64,000 nt of DNA from Cyanidioschyzon merolae (taxonomy: Eukaryota): the NCBI GenBank assembly GCA_000091205.1, contig AP006496.2. One strand, written 5' to 3'. Every line of letters begins with the position of its first letter. Within the stretch, counting starts at the first letter, position 1. The position numbers and the translations under genes were made by a program. The notes under the pieces were generated by a model. The model searched no databases, was not told the DNA's origin, and saw only the letters and a list, made by a program, of their open reading frames with translations. Below, piece by piece: positions 54,356 through 64,000 of the stretch.

Positions 54356-56147
54356 CTAGTGCTCTGCGCTTTTCATCTCAGCGATTATCCCTCGAAGTTG
54401 CGCTCGCACGTCGAGCGTAGGCGTGATGTGCATCCGCAGCAAACGGTACTTGTCCACGATCGGAACGTCCTTATCCTGCAGACGCCATGGGCGGTCGCGG
54501 GTGCTCTTCGAGTCTCCGTGTATGACCATGACCCCGCAGTTGGATGCACCGATGGTCAACTCCGAGCGGTCGGCCCAGGAACTGACCTCGCGCATACTTG
54601 CAGCGAGCGCCTCCGGGTTCGGCGCCAGCAGCAGAACTTTGTCGACAAATATGAGCCCCGCAAGGCGGCGCCCGTGAGGACCCTCCTTCTCTGGCTTGTC
54701 AGCGCTTGCGCAATCAAACTCTACACCGTACTCTCGGCACCGATCTAAGATATCGTTGATAAAAATTTTGAATAGAAGCGGTGATGAAGGATCACCCTCG
54801 CGCATACCGCGTTTCATCCGTATCTTTGGGGTTCTCGCGCCGTCGCCCAGGCGCACACAAAACCATGAGTCTAGGTAGAGTGCGCGGAAGAAAGCGAGGT
54901 TCCGATCGCGGATACCAGCTAGATACATTTTCAGAAATAACGCCTCGTGCGGAATCGTGACGAAAGTCGCTCCGAAATCGATAAAGCATGCGTAAGTTGG
55001 TTGTTGTTCCCGAATGAAGCGGCGTTGCATTGCGTCGACTACCATCAGTACGTGGCTCATGCACTCCTGACGGCTCCGAAAATCGGCCTGCTCCGGAACG
55101 AAGAATGTGCTTTCAGCGAGAGCTCGATGAATGCGATTCGCAACAATGCTGCACATTCGCTTTATCATCGACGGGATCAAGTAAACAAGTCGATAGTTAT
55201 TCATATCCGTTAGCGGATATCCGTTGGGGATGGGCACGACCTCGGCCGTGTTCCAAATTTCTGGAATGGCCGCTTCAGCATCCATGCGTTGCAAGACCTC
55301 CAGCGAGCGCTTGGCCAGTTCTCTAGCGGGCTCATCTGACATTGCTGGTGAGCCAGATGCATCAGATTCTGAGAGCTTCTGTTTGAGCAACTCAGGGGGC
55401 ACGTCGTCGGTGCCCGGCGCCCGGCTGTCACTCATGCAGCGCTGGGCCTCGCATTTCCCCTGCCCAGTGATCTGGTTATTCGTTGTTGGTAGAGGGTCCT
55501 TTTGAGAGACTCCAACGGCGTATTCGTGCAAGTATTTTGGATCTTGACGATGTGCAGTGACCTCCGCGACGAGCTCGCTGCGGCGGTTTGTCCGCGCTTC
55601 CTGCACCTGGGATAATGCCGTTCTTATTTTTTTTCTTTGTAGTAGATCGGTTCTACGTCGCGCTGCGGCACCGGGCGTCTTGCACTATCCGGGCCTTGCT
55701 CCAGATCGCATGCTCCTTGTTGTTTTCGTGTAAGGGCTCGACCTTATGGGCATTTTTACTGTTCGCTGACGATCGTTTGTCTGCTCGGACGAGTTGCTTC
55801 GTTTCCCTGCGCAACTCGTCGTATGCTTTCTCCAGTGCCTTGAGAGATGCGGCTGTTGCAGTGGTGCCGGCTTCGGCTCGTGTGCAGATACTCACGAGGA
55901 CCTTCCGAAGCTCGTTCCGCCGATCAATCTGTGCCTTCGTGTGTCGCGTCAATCGGAACGCTTTGCTGCTTTTGCGTTCTGGTCCGACAGGTCCCGGTTT
56001 TCTGCAGATCTCATGGGTCTTGCCAACGACTTCACCTGCACATTGGTCTGCGTATTCGCGTGCATGGCTGCTCGAGCGTGTAGCCTTGGGACCTCGGCAG
56101 TGGACTGTTTGAGGGTTCTCCTGAGCTCCCGCCTCGGAGCTCGCCAA
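54356..56147 (-). mobile_element. 5'-truncated non-LTR (LINE-like) retrotransposon fragment: a reverse-transcriptase domain ORF plus an upstream ORF fragment. The catalytic motif is degenerate.
   Basis: RT motifs in 54356..55606: YRLVYLIPSMIKR, FIDFGATFVTIPHEAL, KRGMREGDPSSPLLFKIFINDIL, and LIFVDKVLLLA where YADD/FADD is expected. No endonuclease domain is present. The 164-aa ORF (55653..56147) is on the same strand upstream. Confidence 0.65.
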
Positions 56148-57053
56148 TAGGGGTTTCCCAGGGGAACTGCCGGATTCTTCAATTGTGAACTCATATCCAA
56201 AGTCTTTGGAGCCTCTCGCTCAGAGCGCTACGGTGCTCCGATCAGTGGACTGTTTTGGGAGTCCTTTCATGAATAAATAGCATACACGGCTCTGTTCTGA
56301 TGCGGCGGCTTGAGTGCTGAAGCGCACACCATTGCACCGATGCTTCGGAGGGTCATCTCGCCATGCGACATCGACCTGTGGGAATTTTAAATGATCCGTT
56401 TTATCCTTTTTATCTAACGAATCGTTTCAAGTAAAGAAACGATCGAATTTCGATTGCGCGTCTACCAGAGACGCTTTTGCATCCTGTGCACCAAGTCGTG
56501 GCAAGCTATTGTATTCCTGCTTAACGGCGGATACGGTATCTGCTTGCCGGTAGCGTAGTTTGCAAGGCTCGCCATGCCACGTCCGTGTTGTCACGAGCTC
56601 GCTGATGATTATCCGCGAGGCGAAGAGATCTGCCTCCTTTGCGATGCGACTTGGGAACTTTGGTATGACGCGGATACGGCACCTACCACAGGTGCGGCGA
56701 CAAAGCCGATCGATTCCAGAGCGACGCCTGCTTCGGCGCCCAGGAAACAAGCCGTGGTAAAGAACCCACAGCATTGCAGCAAACATCCTGGTGCAGCCAC
56801 AGAGGTATTCATATCTGATCCGGAAGCGGTCTTGGAGTCGGCATTGGACGCTATGGGCCAAGATGCGTTTGAGTCTGTGTTCGGAGTGCTCATTTTGTAC
56901 GATATGGAGACCTTCTTGAAGGCGGGCTCACCCTCCAAGTACACCGAGGAGATGGAGAAAAAACTTACGCGTATTGTCGGAGAATTCATGAGGATTGCAG
57001 ATCCCGACTCATCCCAGTAGGACATAAATACTTTATCATTCGATGAGGGTGGA

Positions 57054-57806
57054 TTGCTTGTCTCGCAAGCGTTCAGGCAAGAAAAATATCTGGCGCGTAT
57101 CCGTGAGTCTTCAGTTTCCGAAGATCCGGATGAGATCCGATTTTACGCGTCTCGGTCAAGCATTGAGCTGTTTTTGGAAGACGGATATGAGATATCGCAC
57201 CTGACGCTGATTTCTACCAATCGGCGAACTTTCGGACAGGAATGGCAAGCAGCTGCTGAACTCCTGCGATTCCATGAAACACTCAAGAACATGAGCGAGG
57301 CCATGTTAGAAGCGATCATTAGGACAATGCGGTTTTGCGGGGAATCCGGGCCGGATGCACCACTCGATGTCATCATGCCAGCTTCAGACAATGCTTGCCG
57401 CGGTTTCCTGCATGATTCGGCCGTAGCCTGCCGATCGTCCGTCAAGATCGATCCGGTATCAGGTACGAGGACGATCGTCCGTACATCGAAGACAGAATTA
57501 TGCAGCTTGTCGAAGTTGCTAATGCTCTCTGCGATGCACCTGGACAGGATTCTGCGCAAACGAAGTATTCTCTATCGAGCGTTCTGTGAAGTCATCACAG
57601 GCCCGGATCCTGTGAAAGCCGGATGCGCAAAAGCAGTAGCCCGTACGCTTGAAGTTGCAATGAGACAGCTGGATCTCGTCAATCACGTCAAAAAGAATGC
57701 AGAGCAGGGAGGTCCCCAGCAGCAGCGGACCGCTCCGGCCGGTGAAGCCACTAGACGCCGAGCGTCACTGCGACCCGGTGATGCTGTGGCTCGGCTCGCA
57801 AACTGA
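57054..57806 (+). CDS. Hypothetical protein of 250 aa with no recognized domain. The upstream ORF 56574..57020 may be a 5' exon or the same gene.
   Basis: A long ORF with non-repetitive composition on the strand opposite to no other annotated gene. No family was recognized by eye. Confidence 0.25.
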   Translation: MLVSQAFRQEKYLARIRESSVSEDPDEIRFYASRSSIELFLEDGYEISHLTLISTNRRTFGQEWQAAAELLRFHETLKNMSEAMLEAIIRTMRFCGESGPDAPLDVIMPASDNACRGFLHDSAVACRSSVKIDPVSGTRTIVRTSKTELCSLSKLLMLSAMHLDRILRKRSILYRAFCEVITGPDPVKAGCAKAVARTLEVAMRQLDLVNHVKKNAEQGGPQQQRTAPAGEATRRRASLRPGDAVARLAN

Positions 57807-58369
57807 AAAGGTGCGCGGCGAACAAACCACTTGGGACCAAGCGCATATGGAACTGCTTTCGCCAAAGATGCGTCCACGGCGATGCGGCTCTGGTACCGTT
57901 TTGTGCAACGACGTCAGCGGAAATACCGCTGGGATATCTGCTGGCACCCACTGAGCATTCGAAAGATTCTCGTAAGATTCATCCATTCCGCTCCGTAAAA
58001 TCGGGTGAGCTCATGTTTCAATCTCTATAGGCAGCAGAACATCCGATCGCGCGCATTCTCCGAGCGACACCATACCATCTGGCAACACAGATAGCGCCTG
58101 AGGGTTTCCCTCGTGGGTTCTCTAGTACCAGGCCCAGCACAGGGTCGGTATATGATCAGCGGCTGGCATCGAGCTGCACCATACCCAAAGCGCTGTGCAG
58201 CAGAGGGACCCATTCGTGTACGGGATAATACCCATTGCCAAATTCGTGAACAAGCTCGGGTTGCAGCGAGCCAGCAACTTGCTGCTGACGAGTTCCTCGC
58301 GTGCGGTTCCAGCCTGCTCGGGATACGCCTAGAGCATTGACAGGAGCGTGATCTCCATTAAAGAACGCT

Positions 58370-59878
58370 TCATTCCGCGGAGTGGTCGCGTTTCCCGCGA
58401 CGCTTGCTTCGAGCTCGATGCTCAGCGGGTGCGGAGTTGTTCTGCTGACGCACAGCTCGCAATTCGTCTTCTTTCCGTTTCAGCAGACGTTGAAGCTCAA
58501 TCAGGACGAGTATTTCCTGGCGAAGCACGTCGAATGCTTCGCAAATCTCCCTGGTGGGCGTCGGACGGATACCCACCCCCAATTCGTCGAGCATTTGGTC
58601 GACCTGGCGCTGCACACGCTGCGATTGACTCACTGGAGCCAACATCATACTGCTCCGTACAAAGACGGCGAGATGCGAAGCCCGCCTCGGCCTACGTGAG
58701 GCCACGGCTGCACTCGCTGCAGAGACGACATTGCTCGCCGTCCTGGCGATGTTGGGCGGTGCTTCTTGCGAGCCCGCGGACGAAGCAGCCGTCGACGCCC
58801 ACGAAGCCGACTGCCCTCCTGGGATTTCGGTCCGCTGTACGGTCTCGAGCGATGCCGCTGCTTCGGCATATGGTATCGTTGGTGGTGCGGGTAGCGCTCG
58901 ACGGAAGAGTCGCTCCAAGCGGCGGCGCTCCCGCTGTTTCAGCCTTCGGGCCCGTAGTATCTCCTGCGCCTGTTGCACAACCGCTTCCTCGCGCAAGAGC
59001 TCAGAACGAGGTCGACGGCATTGCTCTTCGTATTGAGCTTTGCGTCGGTCTTCGTACTCTATATCATACGGATTTGCCAACATTGCTCGACAGTGTTTCT
59101 GCAGTGCATCTTGGGACGAATGCGGGAACCCGGGGTCGCTGACAGCACGGGCCTGGGCCAGCGAACGCACAACGGTGTAGTATCGATCTTTGAGCTCATT
59201 CACAGACCGTTTCCGCTTCGGGGAGGGACTAAAAACCGACCAACGGTCAGCCATGACGACGAAGTGCAAGTTAAACCGTTCCGCAAGCTGGAACAAAGTG
59301 TCAGTTTCTTCCTTCGTCCATGGTTCTCTAGAACCCTGCACAGGCATTGTCGCCAGATAGCGGCTGTACTCCTCGTCGGTATACCGAAGCGTTTCCAGTT
59401 TTTTGCCGAAACGTGCGAATGGGTAAACGGCAGATGCCGCCTCGCCTTCCTCAGGGGTCAAAGAAGCCTCTGCGTCTTTCCGTTGCGTCAGAGAATGACG
59501 TTCCCAGTGCCAGAGCTGAAAGGCAGCACCAGCAGGATGCGCTGGATTCGAAAAAGGTCGTTTTGCATAGTGCACTTGAGCGCTTGCCGCCGGCAGTCGC
59601 GACTGTAGCGCAACCCGAGGCGCCAACGGCGGCGCTGCAGAGCCCGTAAGCGCGTACACTTCCCGACGGAGCCCTCTGAGCTTTGCAGGTCGATCTTGCC
59701 GGGTGTTGTCGGGAGGCTCTGCGGCGCCTGAGTATGGCACGAGTCGCTGGGCTCGTGAGTTCGGCGCCGAGCTCTCTGGGGTTGGTTCCCCAGTCACCAG
59801 CTCTGCGAGGGAAGCTACAGTGCTCGCGCCCACAGTCCCTGGAAGCGCTTGGCTCTCAACCGGAGACCTCGCAGACAT
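58370..59878 (-). CDS. DMAP1: DMAP1/Swc4-type SANT-domain protein (a NuA4/SWR1 chromatin-remodelling complex subunit).
   Basis: Colinear matches to DMAP1: REVYALTGS..PPLAP, YPFARFGKKLETLRYTDEEYSRYL, the SANT helix WTKEETDTLFQLAERFNLHFVVMADRW, KRSVNELKDRYYTVVRSL, and a coiled-coil Arg/Glu-rich tail. Confidence 0.9.
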   Translation of the reverse strand: MSARSPVESQALPGTVGASTVASLAELVTGEPTPESSAPNSRAQRLVPYSGAAEPPDNTRQDRPAKLRGLRREVYALTGSAAPPLAPRVALQSRLPAASAQVHYAKRPFSNPAHPAGAAFQLWHWERHSLTQRKDAEASLTPEEGEAASAVYPFARFGKKLETLRYTDEEYSRYLATMPVQGSREPWTKEETDTLFQLAERFNLHFVVMADRWSVFSPSPKRKRSVNELKDRYYTVVRSLAQARAVSDPGFPHSSQDALQKHCRAMLANPYDIEYEDRRKAQYEEQCRRPRSELLREEAVVQQAQEILRARRLKQRERRRLERLFRRALPAPPTIPYAEAAASLETVQRTEIPGGQSASWASTAASSAGSQEAPPNIARTASNVVSAASAAVASRRPRRASHLAVFVRSSMMLAPVSQSQRVQRQVDQMLDELGVGIRPTPTREICEAFDVLRQEILVLIELQRLLKRKEDELRAVRQQNNSAPAEHRARSKRRGKRDHSAE

Positions 59879-62018
59879 AGATTGCGGAGTTCCGGCTCGT
59901 ATCGCTCTTATTGGAATGATACGACGATACCAACTCGCAATCGTGTCCTGTTGCTACACGTGCATCGTCTCCAGCCCGCCAGAACTCCGAGTGATGCTGC
60001 GCACGCTATCGTACTCTAAGACGACTACACTGACGTTTTCTTTTTAGCGCAGACGGGATGAATGATTTCTAACGAATGCTCTGGGATACGCGAGAGCTGT
60101 CGGGAAACGGCGTGCAAACCTCAACGCTTCCACTGGAGCTGTCGCGTCACGTGATCTCAAAGCAGCAGCCACAACAACAACAGGAAGAACGGGATTTCGT
60201 ACGCTTTATCGATCGGTGTGTGCAGTGTGCGCATTCCCAGGCGAGTACTCGCGCCGAAGAAAAAACGCTGAAGCGCCACATGCATCCCAGTTCACCGACG
60301 CCTTTCTAGAGGCGGATGGAGCTTGAACGCCTGGTGCAGAAGAATGGATGCTCCCCAGGAGACCGATAAGCATCCCGGAATCGAGGATTCCCGGTTCGTG
60401 TTTAGAAGATGCTACGCTTCTATAAAAGACCCGCGACTGGATCCCTGCAAGCACTGCCATGGAGGCTCGCGAGCTTTTCCATTCGCGTCCATACAACAGC
60501 GCGCTCCGGGGTTGGCTGCTGCGTCCGAGCCTCTCCATGCTTTTGCTCTGAGCTTCGTTTGAGAGTCCGCGACTAGCGCGGGCTCAGGTAGACGAATGCG
60601 TCACGCTCCTGCAAACATGCCACCCCAGCACGCTGCTGATTCTTTAGTACACTTTTACTGGGAGCTGTGGAGAGCCGCCTCATGAATCTGCTGAAAGCCA
60701 TCAACATGGTATGGAAAAAAGCTAGCAATCCATGAGATTCAGCGACGAGCGCTGTTCAGTACAGCACAAGAATTATCGTCTTTTTTCGTGTATAGTCTCG
60801 AAAACTCGTCGGGATTCAATCATGTGACTGTAAGAAGCGTGTGCTCTACGATAGATGTTTCCCGGTACAACGTTTTTTAGGCTCCGAGGCTCGCAGTGAT
60901 TGCGTGGAGCGACCTTCTGTCACGCTCCATATATGCGGATTCCGTACGCTCGCGTCTCAATCGCTGCGCGTGCTCTCGACGAGTGGAAGCGTTTGGTGCT
61001 ACAATGGATGCCCCAGTTTCGGAAACGCAGCGCAGGTACGCCCAAGTGCCGTATGATGCTCAGGCTCTGATCGACTGCAAGCTGGAGCGTACACCCTTAG
61101 CGCGCATATGGCGGCTTCTCCACGGCCTCACACAGATTCAAGGTTGCTGCGATTCGCCGTTGGAAACGTTGCACCCACTGCCTGCGATCGCAGGTATCAG
61201 TTCCTATTGCTGGACTCGGGTCCAGCGCGGACTCGAGTCCCGGCCCCGCGCCATCTTGCCCATGCCTCGCCGCTGCGTATGAAAACAACGACATGGAGCT
61301 GTCGTCTTGCGTTTGGGCAACCTCTAGGCATGCGGGCGACACGCTGGGGCGAGCGCTCGTCATAAGCCGAGCATCGGCGGCATGACCGAATCGATAGGCC
61401 CCAATTCTGCAGGCATATACAATTCCTAGCAGGGTGAAATGCAGACGCTCCCACCAAAGCAGAAACGTAGCCCTCTTGGCTACTGGCCTTATGCTCGGCT
61501 CAAGAGATATCCGTCGGGGGGCATCGATCCGGCAACAGGAAATCACACGCCAGCGCCGATCTGCAGCTGCTGCCTAGCTGGATGCGCCCATCAGGGAGCT
61601 GAGCGCTGCACATGGAAAGCCCGCAGCGCGCACATCTCCTGCAATGCCCCTCATGATGCCACAGTCCTACTCGAGAAGCGAAGAGAGCGCATCATAGGGG
61701 GTCGCCGCCTCCCCCGTGCGACGTATCCGCATAGGTGTCCAACGTGCAGCAGGCAGCTTTGAGGTGCTTTTTCAATCATGTCTGCATTGTCCATTTTAGA
61801 ACAAGATACCGCCATGCTCGCTGCAGCGGCAGGTGCGGCTTCGAGCCGATCAATCGCCTGCCTGGTGCGAAACTCTGCTGCAGACTTTCAGCGTTTCGTC
61901 TGTGCACTGACCTTGACGACGAGAGAAAGCGATCTATTGCCGGTTGCTACTTGGTTGTGGGTGGTGAGGTACAAGGTGCAGCTGCGCTGACGCGAATCTC
62001 CACGGTAGTTTACGCATC

Positions 62019-63020
62019 ATGTTCGTGGGTGCGCTCCCGCGCTGGCGTCTGTGCAGGCGCCAGGGCACCGCCGAGTGCGCGGGACGCTCCACGCGTACCC
62101 GAGGAGGCGCTGTTTTGTTTGCTTGCGGAGACGATGCAAGTGTGTCCAGCAGACTGGCTCTAGTCTCGAACGGTCTGCCGGGCCGTATGGCGCTGGAAGT
62201 CGCCCAGGCAGCTCTGCGACGGGGTCTTGAGCTGGTCCCGTTCTCGCTCACTGGTGAGCGCACTGCAACCGCCGCCGTGGAGTGCACCGCTCGTGACGAC
62301 ACTACCGGAACGGAGCGCAGTGTCCAGGTGCAGCTGGTTCGTCCAGCCGAGCGCGCACAACTGGCTACCAAGTTGAAGAAGGAATATCCGAACGTAATCT
62401 GTGTTGACTTTACCCAGCCGCAGGCGGTAATTCCGAACGCAGCCTGGTACGTCGAGAACGGGTTCGACTTCGTCATGGGCACCACTGGCGGTGATACTTC
62501 AGCGTTGTACCAGATGGTAGCGCGCAGCGCTCGCTACGCCGTCATCGCACCGAACATGGCGAAGCAGATTGTTGCCTTTCAAGCCTTGGTGGAGCTGCTG
62601 GGGCGCGAGTTTCCCAACGCATTCCGAGGCTATCGACTCGAGGTCATCGAGTCGCATCAGGCATCCAAGCTGGACACAAGTGGCACTGCTAAAGCAGTAG
62701 TAGCCTCCATGCTGCAAAGCTGGGGAATTACAGGCTTTGGCGGTGAACAGGATATTCAGAAGATTCGCGATCCAGCGTTGCAGGTCTCGCGCATGGGTGT
62801 TCCGGAGTCGTGCCTGCAAGGCCATGCTTTTCACACGTATCGCTTGACAAGTCCAGACGGCAGTGTGCGGTTCGTATTTCAGCACAACGTATGTGGACGT
62901 CGAGTCTACGCTGAAGGCACGATTGACGCAGTGTGTTTTCTCGATCGGCAGCGCCGGGCTGGTGCCGATCAGAAGATCTACGACATGATCGACGTACTAC
63001 GTAGCGGTGGTATGTTATAG
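62019..63020 (+). CDS. DAPB: Plant-type dihydrodipicolinate reductase (DapB, lysine biosynthesis). The N-terminus probably extends upstream or lies in another exon.
   Basis: Colinear with plant DapB: FVMGTTGGD...LYQMV, YAVIAPNMAKQIVAFQALVELL, EVIESHQASKLDTSGTAKAVV, IRDPALQVSRMGVPE, GHAFHTYRLTSPDGSVRFVFQHNVCGRRVYAEGTIDAV. Confidence 0.9.
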   Translation: MFVGALPRWRLCRRQGTAECAGRSTRTRGGAVLFACGDDASVSSRLALVSNGLPGRMALEVAQAALRRGLELVPFSLTGERTATAAVECTARDDTTGTERSVQVQLVRPAERAQLATKLKKEYPNVICVDFTQPQAVIPNAAWYVENGFDFVMGTTGGDTSALYQMVARSARYAVIAPNMAKQIVAFQALVELLGREFPNAFRGYRLEVIESHQASKLDTSGTAKAVVASMLQSWGITGFGGEQDIQKIRDPALQVSRMGVPESCLQGHAFHTYRLTSPDGSVRFVFQHNVCGRRVYAEGTIDAVCFLDRQRRAGADQKIYDMIDVLRSGGML

Positions 63021-64000
63021 GGCGTATGCTTTTGCGGTCGCGTGGTAGAGGTTTAAGTATATCGTGTCAAGATTTGCACCGGGAAAGACGCCGTGCCGCT
63101 TATCGGTTGTGTTCACACATGGTGCCCCGGCGGGATGCGGGTCCGTTTCTTGAAAACCCTGGACAAGATCGGATGTTTTCCATGTGATCTGTATAATGTA
63201 GGCTGCCTTGTTTTTCATGCTGCTGCGAGAGTCCAGCACTTGACGGGCAATTAGGTCGAGAAACGGTGATATAGTAGCCGCTGTTCGCTTGTGTTTTCTG
63301 TCGAGTCGCAGATTGTGCCACTGCGCTATGGACGCGCAAGCTCCAGCGCATTGCCGCCTCGGGCTACAGATCGACGCGGCTAGCGCTGTCACCGATGACG
63401 GTCACTTTCTGCAAACTACGACTTGTGACCGACTCTTGAGGAAAAGCACGGCAACCGTATCACCACGATGAAGCGTCAACTGCACAGGGCATGCGTCCAT
63501 GGGCATGCCCAGACCTGCCGAGCGATATTTTAGCCAGGCGATGTGCACAGACCCACCCAAAAGTTTGTATCGGAAAAAGCAGGCGCAAACTTTGCAGCCA
63601 AAGCGTTCTATCCATCATTAGGCTTGTGCCGTCGCGCACATTTGCGAGCAACAACATCACCGCTTCGGATGCATGGATCAGATGTAGGTAAAGAAAGCAG
63701 CAGTACTGGGCAGCTGTTGCCGTGCAGTAGGCGTATGCCGACGGCGCGAGCTTCCTCGCACTGCATTACTGTCTCGCGTTCTTGTGGAAGCCCCCGGGAG
63801 TTTGCCCCGCAGATCCAGTGAAGACTTTTGTTTTACATTGCTCGAGACAAGCGGATGCACGCAACAGTCGTGCAATGCTCCTCTACCCATGGTACAGGGA
63901 TACATTCGTTCAGTTCAGGCCGCATCACCATCAACAACGGATTGTGCAACGTTGCGCTTCAGGCGACCCCCGGAGCAAGTCGCCAGGCATCATGTCCAGC

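Noticed and set aside
1-64000. Interpreting the window as bacterial because of FtsY, ClpP, DapB, E2, biotin carboxylase and TnpB-like motifs.
   Set aside because: The same contig carries zeta-COP, DMAP1, a karyopherin-like HEAT protein, a PHD protein, an LHC pair with presequences, a LINE RT and a Pol III tRNA with an intron. ClpP and FtsY also carry N-terminal extensions. This is the nuclear genome of an alga with organelle-targeted, bacterial-derived genes and eukaryotic Fanzor-type TnpB homologs.

Overview
This window reads as GC-rich, gene-dense nuclear DNA from a photosynthetic eukaryote (an alga), not a prokaryote. Most genes are single long ORFs with few or no visible introns. Several genes look bacterial in origin (PDH E2, ClpP, FtsY, plant-type DapB, a biotin carboxylase). 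They sit among clearly eukaryotic genes: two head-to-head LHC (chlorophyll a/c-type antenna) genes, zeta-COP, DMAP1/Swc4, a karyopherin-like HEAT protein, an ABCC/MRP transporter, a PHD plus HARE-HTH chromatin protein and a LINE-type reverse-transcriptase fragment. The bacterial-type genes are therefore read as organelle-targeted nuclear genes. The main finding is a dispersed repeat family of about 1.4 kb present four times. Three copies are more than 95% identical (13.6-15.0 kb minus orientation, 30.3-31.7 kb, 51.6-53.0 kb); one is a diverged copy (35.6-37.0 kb). Its coding potential ends in a zinc-finger plus RDLNAAINIL-type RuvC-III motif typical of TnpB/Fanzor nucleases. An unrelated Fanzor/TnpB-like C-terminal relic lies at 8.3-8.5 kb. 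Other notable items are an Oma1-like M48 peptidase homolog whose HExxH glutamate is replaced (HALAH), an intron-containing tRNA-Arg(ACG)-like gene with a Pol III T-run and an unusual extra insertion, a perfect palindromic (ACGC)n/(GCGT)n microsatellite in the shared LHC promoter, two paralogous secreted cysteine-rich genes flanking one element copy, and several 95-120 bp tandem satellites.
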